Assembly (NCBI GenBank): GCA_963751455.1
Contig: CAVVUN010000015.1
Location: 1,312,001 to 1,376,000, forward strand
Direction: 5' to 3'
DNA length: 64,000 bases
From: Nitrospirota bacterium
GTDB lineage: Bacteria; Nitrospirota; UBA9217
This document shows, one piece after another, positions 1 through 10,287 of this stretch (position 1 is the first letter of the stretch; every line of letters begins with the position of its first letter). The notes under the pieces were generated by a model, which was not told the DNA's origin, made no database searches, and saw nothing but the letters and a program-made list of their open reading frames with translations. The position numbers were made by a program, and so were the translations under genes.

Positions 1-450
1 CTCGATATTGAGCCAGCGGCCGCTTTTGGTGCGTAATTTTCCGCGAAACTTGTCATACTTACCCTCTTTGCGCAATCTAAGGAACTCCTCGGTTGTGCGG
101 CTCTTCTGTTCTTCGGGAATGACATCGAAGACGCTCATCGACAACAGCTCCTCCCGGGAATACCCTATCAGATCAAGGGCCTTCTTGTTCGCATCCACGT
201 AATTCTGGTGTTCGTCAACGACGAAGACGGCGTCATTGGCGTTTTCAAAAAGATCGCAGTACCGCTCACCGTTCCCGTTCATTGCCCTGATTGGGACAGT
301 GTTGTACCGGTCAAGGCGCGATATGATATCCTTCACCTTCTCAGCCGCTGCGGTAAATGCCGGCTGGACGTATTCGATATCCTTGAGCTTCCGGTAAAGC
401 AGGTCGACAAGGTCTCTCACTTCATTTTTTAGCGGGTCCTGGTCTTTCAT
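1..450 (-). CDS. PAS-domain sensor protein, N-terminal part (runs off the window's left edge)
   Basis: Manual translation from ATG at 450: MKDQDPLKNEV...DLFENANDAVFVVDEHQNYVDANKKALDLIGYSREELLSMSVFDVIP...; typical PAS signature; open to position 1. Confidence 0.8.
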   Translation of the reverse strand, partial: MKDQDPLKNEVRDLVDLLYRKLKDIEYVQPAFTAAAEKVKDIISRLDRYNTVPIRAMNGNGERYCDLFENANDAVFVVDEHQNYVDANKKALDLIGYSREELLSMSVFDVIPEEQKSRTTEEFLRLRKEGKYDKFRGKLRTKSGRWLNIE

Positions 451-833
451 GGCTTCATCCCGAATACGCTTGCCCTCTCTTTACAGAGCGGAAGCGTGGA
501 TCCAAAAAAGAAATCGGCAGGTCAATACATGGAGGTACACGCAGGAGGCAGGGAAAAAAATGCGGCACGACGAACAGACCATCAACCCGATAGCCTGATG
601 TAGCATACGATACCACCAACCCGGTCGTCTCGTCAGCGCTCCGCATGATAAAAGAGTACAACAAAGGGGCTATCCTGGCAAGGAAATAGTAGGTGCGAAA
701 CACGGAATGTTGCAGAAAATAAATTATTTCTTGCGAATGGGCGCGTAAAAATGGTAAGCGTCAAGTGTAAAAAAGCCGGTTCAAAAAGCCATTATTGCGA
801 TTTGAAATGAGTTCTTAGCAGCTGAGCGTCTCA

Positions 834-2219
834 TTACGCGGACTTGATCTGCCGACGCAGTGGTTCTGCTCCCACAGCCCCGCCTTTCCGAGTGCCGGTC
901 ACAATATCCCTGAGCGTAAGGTCCTCAACAGCCTTTTCGATTGCTTCGTCAATAGTGGCCACGATCAGGTCCACCGGTTCCAGTGCGACCATTTTCTTCA
1001 TTCCCGGTCTTTCATGATGGACGGCGGGATTGCGGGCAACCTCGTAAATTTCCCGCAGCAGGATCGTTCCCAAATCCCTGGCCGGCAGATAGGATGGCGG
1101 GTCCGCGGCGGTTTCGATGATAAGACGCTGCTTCAGCAACTCGTCGACGATCTCTTCAACGGGTTCTATGTTGACACCGAGCCGGTGCACCAGTGACGAA
1201 AGGGTCCATGGTTTTCTGCCCAGGTAGAAATTGTCCCCGATCAGGAACATTATCGAAACGGCAATCTGTTCGATAAGCCTGGCATGCGCCATGCCTGCAT
1301 CCCTGCGCAGAGAGAGAAATTGGGGATTCTGATGATAAAAGGAGACTTCAGCGCCGATCAGCAGGATAAGCCAGCTGAGGTATAGCCACATCATGAACAG
1401 GATGACAATGGCGAAGCCGGAATAGATGGCCGCATAGCGCGTGGAGGTTACGATGAAAGACCCGAAGCCCCATCCCACGGTTTCCCAGAGTACGCCGCCG
1501 AAGACCCCGCCGACAAGCGCCGAGGTCAACCGCACTTTCGTGTTCGGAATAAAAATATACAAAAAGGTAAAGGCGGCGCAGATCAAGATGTAGGGAACGA
1601 ATTGGCCGGCGTAGTACATGAGCGTACCGATAACATCGATTGAAACGAGGCGGCGCATGATCGAGGTGCTCAAGATCGAAGCGGTCAGCGCCATTGCCGA
1701 AACAACGAGCACCGGGCCGATGACGATCACGCTGAGGTAATCGCTGAACCGTCGGGCAAGGCTTCGGGAAGTTCGCACCCGCCAGACCGCATTGAACGCC
1801 TGTTCGACTTTCTGGATGAGGGAAATGACCGTGTAGATCAAGGTCGCCAGTCCTACGAGGCCCAGAACGCCGACCTTCATGTTGTCGATAAACTGCACGA
1901 TTGTATATGTCATTTCGGTGCCTTTGGGGCCGAGCGGGGCAAGGAGACTGAAAAGGAACGGCTCTATTTTGTTGTGGACGCCGAAGGCCTTGAGCACGGA
2001 AAAGCCGACAGCGAGCAGCGGCACGAAAGACAAAAGGGTCGTGTACACGAAGCTCATGGCCCACAGCGGGAGCGAGCCATTAAGAATGTCATCGGCGATG
2101 ACCACGAGGAATCTCAGGACCACAACTAAAAAAGTGTGCGGCCCCCGCCGGGAAGTGGTGTCGATCGCCCAAAGGTCTTTGGTGAAAAAGGCGCCTGCTC
2201 TGTTCCATAGTTTTATCAT
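834..2219 (-). CDS. YihY/virulence factor BrkB family membrane protein with C-terminal winged-helix-like extension
   Basis: YTTLLSFVPLLAV, IYSGFA...MWLYLSWLILLIGAE motifs; multiple TM segments. Confidence 0.88.
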   Translation of the reverse strand: MIKLWNRAGAFFTKDLWAIDTTSRRGPHTFLVVVLRFLVVIADDILNGSLPLWAMSFVYTTLLSFVPLLAVGFSVLKAFGVHNKIEPFLFSLLAPLGPKGTEMTYTIVQFIDNMKVGVLGLVGLATLIYTVISLIQKVEQAFNAVWRVRTSRSLARRFSDYLSVIVIGPVLVVSAMALTASILSTSIMRRLVSIDVIGTLMYYAGQFVPYILICAAFTFLYIFIPNTKVRLTSALVGGVFGGVLWETVGWGFGSFIVTSTRYAAIYSGFAIVILFMMWLYLSWLILLIGAEVSFYHQNPQFLSLRRDAGMAHARLIEQIAVSIMFLIGDNFYLGRKPWTLSSLVHRLGVNIEPVEEIVDELLKQRLIIETAADPPSYLPARDLGTILLREIYEVARNPAVHHERPGMKKMVALEPVDLIVATIDEAIEKAVEDLTLRDIVTGTRKGGAVGAEPLRRQIKSA

Positions 2220-2333
2220 TTGGTCTACCTTCGCCGTGTTCAGTGAACAGACGGCGTCATTCCATGAAGCTAGTGTAGTGTCTCACAAACGACTGGTGTT
2301 ATCATAGCGCGGCAGTAGGCCGCAGCCAAACTT

Positions 2334-2399
2334 GTAGGGCAAGGCTTTAGCCTTGCTGAAAGCGCCGGAACAGCAGCAACCCTAAAGGGTCGCCCTACA
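2334..2399. repeat. GTAG-type REP doublet (inverted pair)
   Basis: gtagggcaaggctttagccttgc ... gcaaccctaaagggtcgccctac: two short palindromes in inverted orientation with GTAG/CTAC ends. Confidence 0.65.
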
Positions 2400-2499
2400 A
2401 ATTCATCAGCAAACATTTACGCGAAGATAAGTTTTCGATGAGAAAGCATCATATAACACCGTCCATTTAAAAGACACTACACTAGCAGGTTGAGAGAAG

Positions 2500-3198
2500 T
2501 CACGTGCCTCCTCGAAATTTTCGCCATTTGCCACGGCGCGCATGCTTCCAAAAAACAGGAAGAAGCGCGAACAGAGCCATAAGTAAAAAGCCCACTAGTA
2601 CTTTTCCGGAAACAATATCGCCCGGCGTCTGAATAGTGCGCAGCTGTCTTCCTGCCAGCGAGTAGACGAATGCGCCCGGAAATATGCCGCAGAAGGTTGC
2701 CGCCGCAAAAAGCGGCGTTGAAATGCGGGTAAGGCCGGCGACATAATTGACCATAAAAGCCGGCATAAAAGGAATGATGCGCAACACGAAAAGATAATTC
2801 TGTCCATGTTGTGAGATCTCGTCGTTGAAGCGCTTCAAGTAAGGAGCGTACTGTTCCTGGATCCAGCTGCCGATTACGTAGCGCGACAGCAGGAAGGCCA
2901 TCGTAGCGCCCACGGTAGAAAAAACGGACGAATAAAATGCGCCGGGTACGATGCCGAACAGAAAACCGCCGGTCAGGGTCAGAATCAGAGCGCCGGGTAC
3001 CAGGAACGAGGTTGAGAGGATTGCGGCAGCGAACGTCAATACCGACAGCAGATAATGCATCTTGACGAATGCCGCAAGCTGTTCACTGTATATTTTGATT
3101 TTTTCAAAGCTCAGCTGTTCGCTCGCAGCCGACATGAGGAGAGCTGCGGCGAGCGCGATGAGAAACAGCAAAAGAATTCTTTTCCAGTACTTTTGCAT
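2500..3198 (-). CDS. TVP38/TMEM64 (DedA/VTT) family membrane protein
   Basis: PGALILTLTGGFLFG, LRIIPFMP...VNYVAG, F..AT..GI.PG motifs. Confidence 0.88.
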   Translation of the reverse strand: MQKYWKRILLLFLIALAAALLMSAASEQLSFEKIKIYSEQLAAFVKMHYLLSVLTFAAAILSTSFLVPGALILTLTGGFLFGIVPGAFYSSVFSTVGATMAFLLSRYVIGSWIQEQYAPYLKRFNDEISQHGQNYLFVLRIIPFMPAFMVNYVAGLTRISTPLFAAATFCGIFPGAFVYSLAGRQLRTIQTPGDIVSGKVLVGFLLMALFALLPVFWKHARRGKWRKFRGGT

Positions 3199-3371
3199 TG
3201 GCGCGGGTTAATGCTTTACAAAGTATCAAGTTCCGGAAATTGACGAAGTCAGCACCACGAAAAAAATCGGCTTTTTGGTCATTCGGTATAATTATATTAT
3301 AATCTGTCCATACAAGAACGAATTATAAATTAGGAAAGCGCAGCATGACCCGGCTGTTGCATATCTGAACC

Positions 3372-4112
3372 ATGCCCACAAGATTTTCCATCATGACCTA
3401 TAACGTTCACAGTTGCATCGGCAGCGATGGCGCTGCTTCACCGGCACGCATCGCCGAGGTCATAGCGTTGTACGGAGCTGATATAATATGCCTGCAAGAA
3501 CTCGACATACGCCTGCTGCGGTCGGGCAAGGAAGACCAGGCCAGGGAGATAGCGGACCGTCTGAAAATGGAATTCCATTTTCACCCGTCGCTTCGGTTTG
3601 AAGAGGAGGGAGAATACGGGAACGCGGTCCTGACGCGTTTTCCGCTGCGTGCGATAAAGGCTGGAGAGCTTCCGACCCTGGCCGGCAGACGCGATGTGGA
3701 GCAGAGAGGGGCGCTCTGGGTACGGGTGACCGTGGAGGGCCGGGATCTTAATATCATTACCACTCACCTCGGTCTTGCATGGAGAGAGCGCCTTGCCCAA
3801 ACCGAGGAGCTGCTGGGTCCCTCATGGACAGGGAGCGCGGAGTGCCGCCCTCCCGTTATCCTGTGCGGAGACTTGAATGCATTGCCTCTGTCAAATGTTT
3901 ACCGGAGGTTTGCGGCAGCGTTCGTTGACGCCTGCTGCGGCAGGACCTGGAAACCGGGAAACACATGGCACAGCCGTTTCCCGTTTATGCGGATCGACCA
4001 TGTATTCGTAAGCCACGATATCACTGTGGAGAAGCTGGTTGTTCCACGAACAAAGCTTACCCGGATCGCATCGGACCACCTGCCGGTTGTGGCAGTCGTA
4101 ACGGTTGACTAA
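3372..4112 (+). CDS. Endonuclease/exonuclease/phosphatase family protein
   Basis: MTYNVH, LQE, GNAVL, THL, GDLN, RIDH, SDHLP motifs. Confidence 0.92.
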   Translation: MPTRFSIMTYNVHSCIGSDGAASPARIAEVIALYGADIICLQELDIRLLRSGKEDQAREIADRLKMEFHFHPSLRFEEEGEYGNAVLTRFPLRAIKAGELPTLAGRRDVEQRGALWVRVTVEGRDLNIITTHLGLAWRERLAQTEELLGPSWTGSAECRPPVILCGDLNALPLSNVYRRFAAAFVDACCGRTWKPGNTWHSRFPFMRIDHVFVSHDITVEKLVVPRTKLTRIASDHLPVVAVVTVD

Positions 4113-4135
4113 CCGGACAACAAAATCATTTTAAA

Positions 4136-4556
4136 CCACTGATGAACACAGCCTGCACGCGCGTTTCTACTCGTAAACGCCGGCCGCAGGCGGATGAATA
4201 CAGATAATAAAATCGTCACGGTTCAGGTCATTTTTATCCGCAGATTACGCCGATTTCGCAGATCGAGGCACATTCGAATTCGGGTTTTAAAATCTGCGAC
4301 CATCTGTGAAATCTGTGGAGCTAAGCTTTTTCTCAGATTCGGCTTGTTCCGTTTGAGAGAAGCTGAGTAATTACATATATCAAATTTGATGGTTTCGTAA
4401 AAAGTCGAAAATCGCCGAAAGACCGTCATTCCGGCTTGTCCGGAATCCTTCTTTATCAACATGTTGTATGGCGAAACGATTCCCGACAAGCGGGAATGAC
4501 GACTTTTTACGAGTTCATCAAATTTACTTTGATTTCAATCCGTGTTAATCCGCGGC
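4136..4556. repeat. Cluster of nested palindromic repeats (family A plus three-layer element 4382-4525)
   Basis: atccgcagattacgccgatttcgcagat/atctgcgaccatctgtgaaatctgtgga; aaatttgatggtttcgtaaaaagtcg/cgactttttacgagttcatcaaattt enclosing cgtcattccggcttgtccggaatc/gattcccgacaagcgggaatgacg. Confidence 0.8.
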
Positions 4557-4574
4557 AAAAGGGTTTTTTACAGA

Positions 4575-6281
4575 ATGAACAAAATACTCGAACCCGGCAG
4601 AAACTGCCAGGGCATTTATGAGGTCGAAACCAGCGGTCTGCTGATCGACGGCCGGAATTATTACCGGGCTTTTTATGAGGCGGCTCTCCAGGCGAAACGA
4701 TACATTCTGATTGCGGGCTGGCAATTCGAGCGCAGCGTGAAACTACTCCGCGGACGAGACGAACGACAGGCGGGCGGGGATGTTCGACTGGGCATGTTTC
4801 TGAACAGTCTCTGTGAAAAAAAACCGCAGCTCGAAATATTCATCCTGATGTGGGATTTCAGCGCCTTTGTCTCCCTCGACAAGGAATGGTTCAACAAATG
4901 GGTCCTTGACTTGATGACAAGCAGCCGCATTTACTTCCGCTTCGACAGCAAGCACCCCGTGGGAGCGAGCCACCATCAAAAGCTGGTCGTCATCGACGGC
5001 GCTGTTGCCTTCGTGGGCGGACTTGATATTTGCGCCAGCAGCTGGGATGACCGGACTCATGCTTCAGAGAACCCGGACCGTTTCCTTGATGGAAAGCGCT
5101 TTGAGCCTTACCACGACGTCCAGTCCTTTCATACCGGTCCGGCTGCATGGGAAATGACACAGGTTTTCAAAAGACGCTGGATCCATGCGGGCGGCTCAGA
5201 CCTGCTTCTGCCTTCACCGGAGGAGGGCGAATGCCCGCGTATCGCGCGCTTTATTCGTATTGCCGGCCGCCGCGTCGCGATCAGCGAGACCAGGCCGCAG
5301 ACGGTTGTGCCGATGCTGAAGCCTGTCCGCCACATCCGCGAGCTGTATCGGGATGCGATTGCTTCGGCCGAGAAGCTGATCTACATTGAAAACCAGTATT
5401 TCAGTTCTCAGGCTGTTTACCAGGCCCTGAAGGACAGGATGACAGAGCAAAGCAGGCCTTGCCCGCAAATCGTGCTGATCCTTCCGAAACGCCTCCATAC
5501 CTTTGTTGAGGACGTTTCCTTGAGCGCGGTCCAGGCGAAAATGCTCAAGTCATTAACGGAAATCTCGGCACGGCACAACAAACCCTTCGGGGTCTATTAC
5601 ACAGCGGCGGCGGTCGATCAGGGAGCATCGGAGAAAGGCACCTACATTCATTCCAAACTGCTTCTCGTGGACGATCGTTTTCTGACCGTCGGTTCGGCGA
5701 ATACGACGAACAGGAGCATGGGGATGGATACGGAATTGAACGTGTCCTGGGAGGCTTCGCGCGACGAGCATGACCTTATAGCATCCATCCGGCGCGCGCG
5801 TGCAAGCCTGCTGGCCGAACACACGGGTATCCGGAAAGCATCCGGGCTCAGAAGACTCGCGTCTATGGACGGGCTGCACGAGTACCTCAACATGCTGGCG
5901 GACGATCCCGGGTGCCGTTTGCGGCATCATACGATGGGATCGTTTCTTGAAGAGGCAGGGTGGATCAAGTCGCTTATGCCTGATGAGCTGGCCATCGACC
6001 CGGAAAGCCCCGTGATCGAAGAGACGCTCTATGAATTGATTTCACGCGACAGAAACGGAGTGTTCGCGAAGGGCATCCTCTTTTTGAACGAACTCGCGCT
6101 TGAACAGTCAACAGAGCAGCGCGAAGCCGGTGAGCGGCACAAAGGGGAAGATGCCGCAGGAGATTCGGGGGCAACGATCGGAAACCTCGGTCATCGCGGC
6201 GTTCTCCGCTGGTATGTGCTGGCGGCAATCGGCATCATCGCCGCGATAGTTATCTGGCTGCTTTTGACGGTGAAGTCATGA
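4575..6281 (+). CDS. Phospholipase D family protein (cardiolipin-synthase-like), C-terminal TM anchor
   Basis: Two HKD motifs (HHQKLVVID, IHSKLLLVDD); start placed at ATG 4575 because the upstream extension lies in repeat sequence. Confidence 0.9.
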   Translation: MNKILEPGRNCQGIYEVETSGLLIDGRNYYRAFYEAALQAKRYILIAGWQFERSVKLLRGRDERQAGGDVRLGMFLNSLCEKKPQLEIFILMWDFSAFVSLDKEWFNKWVLDLMTSSRIYFRFDSKHPVGASHHQKLVVIDGAVAFVGGLDICASSWDDRTHASENPDRFLDGKRFEPYHDVQSFHTGPAAWEMTQVFKRRWIHAGGSDLLLPSPEEGECPRIARFIRIAGRRVAISETRPQTVVPMLKPVRHIRELYRDAIASAEKLIYIENQYFSSQAVYQALKDRMTEQSRPCPQIVLILPKRLHTFVEDVSLSAVQAKMLKSLTEISARHNKPFGVYYTAAAVDQGASEKGTYIHSKLLLVDDRFLTVGSANTTNRSMGMDTELNVSWEASRDEHDLIASIRRARASLLAEHTGIRKASGLRRLASMDGLHEYLNMLADDPGCRLRHHTMGSFLEEAGWIKSLMPDELAIDPESPVIEETLYELISRDRNGVFAKGILFLNELALEQSTEQREAGERHKGEDAAGDSGATIGNLGHRGVLRWYVLAAIGIIAAIVIWLLLTVKS

Positions 6282-6348
6282 GGAAGATCAAGAGGGGATG
6301 AGTGGTCGTCTCCAAAGGAGGCGTCGGAGGCAGGAGCGTCCGGTTTAT

Positions 6349-6426
6349 TCTCCTAACCGGGTGGCGATAATCACCGGCCTGTCCGGTTTTGGCAAGTCGT
6401 CGCTCGCTTTTGACACTCCCTATGCA
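6349..6426 (+). pseudogene. uvrA N-terminal Walker A remnant
   Basis: SPNRVAIITGLSGFGKSSLAFDTPYA closely matches UvrA ITGLSGSGKSSLAFDTxYA; the rest of the gene is absent. Confidence 0.6.
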
Positions 6427-6435
6427 TTGCAGGCG

Positions 6436-8556
6436 TCACCGCATCAGGCTTCCCAGCACGGTCTGCAGATCCTCCAGGCTGAAGGGTTTCCGCAGAAATG
6501 CCCGGAACCCGTGCTCTGCGTAGTTCGAGACCAGGGCATTGTTGGAATATCCGCTCGACACGACCGCGACCACAGACGGATCGATTTCCTTGAGCAAGCG
6601 AATCGCTTCCTCCCCGCCCATGCCGCCCCTTACCGTCGCATCGAGAAGCACGACATCAAACCGCGAACCCTCAGACAGTGCCGTGCGATAGCAATGGACC
6701 GCGGCAGCGCCGTCTGAAGAGTACTCCACCTCCTGGCCGAGCGTATCCAACAGGGCGCCGACAGAATCACGTATCACCTCTTCATCGTCCATGATCAGGA
6801 TCCGTCCTTTCCTGATCGCGGCAGGCTGTGCTGATCGGACGGAGCTGTCCGCGAGCGGCCCGCCGGCAGGCAGCCAGACGGTGAACGAGCTTCCCTTGTT
6901 CACCCGCGAAGAGACCTCGATCATGCCGCCATGGTTCTTGACGATGGAGTAGGACGTTGCAAGCCCCAGTCCGCTCCCCGTCTTTTTTGTCGTGAAATAT
7001 GGTTCGAAGATGCGCTGCAGATCCTCTTCGGGAATCCCGCATCCCGTGTCCCGGACCACGATCTCGATCCATTGACCCGAGCCCGGAACGCGCGTGGTAT
7101 GCGCATCGCCGCGTTCGCGGTTCCTTGCCGTGACCGAAATTATGCCGCCCCCCGGCATCGCCTGATCGGCATTGATCGCGATATTATGGATCACTTGTGT
7201 CAGCTGTCCCTCATCCGCATCGGCGGGCCAGAGCTCGCTGCCGATGTCGAACCGGCAGGCCGAACGGGACCCGCTCAGGGCGAATCGCGTCGCGTTCTCG
7301 ATCACGGAACCGAGCACGATTGATTTTTTCACCGGTTTGCCGCCCTTCGAAAAGGTCAGGAGCTGGGTCGTCAGGTTCACCGACATTTGGAGCGCCTTGT
7401 CAGCCTTTTCGAGCATAAGAAGAACTTTGTCGCGCTGGTCCACTTTCCGTTTTGCTACCGTCAGGTAGCTGAACGCGGCCTGGAGCAGGTTGTTGAAATC
7501 GTGGGCGATGCCGCCCGCCAGTGCGCCGATCGCCTCGATCTTCTGTGTACGCAGCAGTTCCGCTTCGATCCGCTTTCGTTCCGTGATATCCCGGGCGACA
7601 GCGATTACGACACGATTGCGCCCGTACGTTGCGGGTACAAACCGCACCTCCTGGGGAAAGGTTGTTCCGTCGGAGCGGATGCCGTAGAACTCTATGAGTT
7701 GGGGTTCTCCCTCAAGGGCTTTTCTAATCGCCGCCGTTACGTCCGCAAAAACGCTCAAACCCGGCGCGGCGAGCATATCCGGAGTCTTACCCAGCATGGC
7801 GGCGCGGCCGCAGCCGTACATGGTCTCTGCGCCCTTGTTCACATCAAGCAGCTTGCCGTTTTCGTCGACTACGTAGATGGCGTCGTTGATGCTGTTGAAA
7901 AGATTCCGGTAACCGGCCTCTGATTCCCGCACCTCCCCCAGCAGCTTAACGTTCTCGAACCGGAGCGCGATGGACGAGATGATCGTTGCATGATTGTTGA
8001 GTGATAACCCGAGAAGGGCGACAAGATAAATGATGCTCAGAATGCCCATGACATTTTCGTGTTCGCTGCCCTCTATGAAGCACCGGATTGCGAAGGGCAG
8101 AAGAACGGGGGTCATCCAGGCCGCGGGCGCGAAGCGGAGGGATGAGTGTGACACGGTCGTTGCTGCGGATAAACCGGCGATCATGAGCAGGAACATGGAA
8201 ATGAGCCCGTGATCTCCGGCAGGGAAAATGAGCACCGATGCAAGGCCCCATAGGACGCCGGAAGCAAAGACCATCTGCAGATAGACATTCTTCCAGGCAG
8301 TGACATTAAACTGTTCGTTCCGCACCCTGGTAAAGCGGGCATAATAAACGATCCTGCCGGTGACGATGAACAGGATCATGAGGGTCCATGCGGCGATATT
8401 TTTTAACGGAACAACGGTGCGTACAGAGTAGGCAAGAAGGAGTGCAACGACAAAGGAGCCCAGCTGCATCAACGGGAGATGACGGAGGGCAAGACGGACC
8501 TGCTCCCTGCCTATCGCGGCTTGGATTTCTTTGCCTGATGATGGCTCATTCCGCAT
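6436..8556 (-). CDS. Membrane-bound hybrid sensor histidine kinase (TM-PAS-HisKA-HATPase-REC)
   Basis: AGGIAHDFNNLL H-box, NA..AM, DTGCGI, FEPYFTTK, GSGLGL; C-terminal receiver ILIMDDE...D...KPF. Confidence 0.93.
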   Translation of the reverse strand: MRNEPSSGKEIQAAIGREQVRLALRHLPLMQLGSFVVALLLAYSVRTVVPLKNIAAWTLMILFIVTGRIVYYARFTRVRNEQFNVTAWKNVYLQMVFASGVLWGLASVLIFPAGDHGLISMFLLMIAGLSAATTVSHSSLRFAPAAWMTPVLLPFAIRCFIEGSEHENVMGILSIIYLVALLGLSLNNHATIISSIALRFENVKLLGEVRESEAGYRNLFNSINDAIYVVDENGKLLDVNKGAETMYGCGRAAMLGKTPDMLAAPGLSVFADVTAAIRKALEGEPQLIEFYGIRSDGTTFPQEVRFVPATYGRNRVVIAVARDITERKRIEAELLRTQKIEAIGALAGGIAHDFNNLLQAAFSYLTVAKRKVDQRDKVLLMLEKADKALQMSVNLTTQLLTFSKGGKPVKKSIVLGSVIENATRFALSGSRSACRFDIGSELWPADADEGQLTQVIHNIAINADQAMPGGGIISVTARNRERGDAHTTRVPGSGQWIEIVVRDTGCGIPEEDLQRIFEPYFTTKKTGSGLGLATSYSIVKNHGGMIEVSSRVNKGSSFTVWLPAGGPLADSSVRSAQPAAIRKGRILIMDDEEVIRDSVGALLDTLGQEVEYSSDGAAAVHCYRTALSEGSRFDVVLLDATVRGGMGGEEAIRLLKEIDPSVVAVVSSGYSNNALVSNYAEHGFRAFLRKPFSLEDLQTVLGSLMR

Positions 8557-8889
8557 ATGCTGTTTTCGGGACCAGTGTCATGTGAATGATCCTTGTTGGT
8601 TCGATGAAGAAGGGATGCGACCTGAAACTTTGGGGCTGTTGTGGAGTCCCAAGTGTCAATAGAGATCACCCGGCTAACTTATTTGCCGTGCCGACGTTCT
8701 CTCGCCAGGATACAGATTTTGGAATTGGCAGATTGAATTTCTGCAACTTTAAGTCAAATCGAGTATATTTTACACTTTAAACCCTGTCAAGATAAAGTTG
8801 TATGGAATTTGAAAAATAGTCAAGGCGATTATATGGCTGATTTAATTGAAGATTAAGGGGGCAGGCGAGGGGATGGCCCGTCGGTCGGG

Positions 8890-9765
8890 CTACATGACTA
8901 ACAACTTCTTCATCTCCAGCGGGTATTTCAGCAGTTTGAGCGGATTTTGCAGAGAGCCTGCGAAGCAGCCGCAGTTGGAGCAATCAAGGCCGGTAAAGCA
9001 CCTTCTTTTTTCCCATGCTACATCATAATGGAGGGCCTCATCACCCCAGTGGCAGAAGCCTGTGTGATTGGGGAATTCGTACCAATTAATCATCGGCGCG
9101 GTTAAGAGAAAATAATCGGGATAGAGCTTCTTTACCCGTTTCAGTTCACTGATGATGGTTTTTCTATTTTCTGTTTTTATAAATAAAGCGTCTCTCTTTC
9201 CAACTGTGGGCGTATAGAGATTGCAAACAACGCCGCGTAGGCCCTCTTCCTTTGCGATCTTAACGATATTTTCAACTTCATTATAGTTTTCATTGGTGAC
9301 GGTTACGTTGAGGATGACTCTTGAATCCAGTGAATAATTGGATATTGCCCTTGAAAAAACACCATCGCCTCTGATGGAATCATTTCTCTCACGGCTGCCG
9401 TCCAGGGAAACAAACAGGAGATGATTAAACTCTGTAGGCACCTTTATGGTGCCGTTAGTTATTATGAATATAAATGGGAAAATTCCGTCTGCCAGCATAA
9501 GAATGTCACTCCTCAGGGCCGGCTCTCCGCCAACGAAAAGAACTATTCTCACCCCGGTCTTGTGAAGCTCTTCGAATCTTCTGCGCCAGACATTGAGAGG
9601 CAATTCCTTGTTATTCAACTCCTCCTTACCCTTGAAATGATAGCAGTGCGTGCATCGAAGATTGCAGTTATCGGTTATATCAATTTCCGCAAAATATCTT
9701 GTCTTGAAGATAAATCTTTTCAGCTCCAGGAAAACCAAATGCAGCAAGTTGATATATTTTTTCAT
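8890..9765 (-). CDS. Radical SAM protein with Cys-rich C-terminus
   Basis: CNLRCTHC, GGEP, TNG, VSLDG motifs; C-terminal C..G...CF..LDCSNCGC. Confidence 0.88.
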   Translation of the reverse strand: MKKYINLLHLVFLELKRFIFKTRYFAEIDITDNCNLRCTHCYHFKGKEELNNKELPLNVWRRRFEELHKTGVRIVLFVGGEPALRSDILMLADGIFPFIFIITNGTIKVPTEFNHLLFVSLDGSRERNDSIRGDGVFSRAISNYSLDSRVILNVTVTNENYNEVENIVKIAKEEGLRGVVCNLYTPTVGKRDALFIKTENRKTIISELKRVKKLYPDYFLLTAPMINWYEFPNHTGFCHWGDEALHYDVAWEKRRCFTGLDCSNCGCFAGSLQNPLKLLKYPLEMKKLLVM

Positions 9766-9853
9766 CCGACCGCCGTTTTACCGCTGGTCCATAAGAAAAG
9801 ATGTTGAACAAGCCTCATAAATAAGTCTCTGAACCAGTGTTAATATGTGCGTG

Positions 9854-9882
9854 AATGTATCATTGAGTTATTTGAAAGTCAA
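9854..9882 (-). promoter_or_regulatory. Sigma70-like promoter upstream of the radical SAM gene
   Basis: TTGACT-17 nt-TACATT on the minus strand. Confidence 0.5.
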
Positions 9883-9939
9883 TGGCGTATGAAGTACGAC
9901 TTCATATTACAGGAAATTTACCATCCGTTGCATGCGGGT

Positions 9940-10134
9940 TTACACACGGCAACATCCGGAAACTCTGAGAACATGGCCGAATCGCCATCCGCTCTTACCG
10001 GGTCCATCAGGGGGCGTCAATTCCTCTATGAGCTTGGCTACCTGCTTATGTTGAGGCATTACGTCATTGCCGGCCGCTTGTGAGGCAGAATTAAATGATA
10101 AAATCATCGATAGGAGCATCAATAATTGCTTCAT
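9940..10134 (-). CDS. Small secreted-type ORF, possibly a truncated gene cassette
   Basis: Signal-peptide-like N-terminus; starts just downstream of the attC-like site at 10161-10226. Confidence 0.4.
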   Translation of the reverse strand: MKQLLMLLSMILSFNSASQAAGNDVMPQHKQVAKLIEELTPPDGPGKSGWRFGHVLRVSGCCRV

Positions 10135-10160
10135 CTATTATTATGGGTCCGTTTGAAATC

Positions 10161-10226
10161 TAATAACGCGCGGCTGAGGAGCCGGGCGGGCTTATCGCCC
10201 GGCCTCTTTCGAGCCGCTCGTTGGAA
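10161..10226 (-). other. attC-like integron recombination site
   Basis: Minus strand: TTCCAAC-gagcggctCgaaagaggccgggcg...cgcccggctcctcagccgcgc-GTTATTA; imperfect palindrome with AAC/GTT ends and an unpaired C in the left arm. Confidence 0.55.
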
Positions 10227-10252
10227 TCAATGTAAAAACCTGAAAAACCGGC

Positions 10253-10281
10253 TTGACTTACCAAAGTCCTTAGATTATAAA
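10253..10281 (+). promoter_or_regulatory. Sigma70-like promoter of the TA operon (probably leaderless)
   Basis: TTGACT-17 nt-TATAAA ending 6 nt before ATG 10288; no SD sequence. Confidence 0.6.
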
Positions 10282-10287
10282 TAAAGC

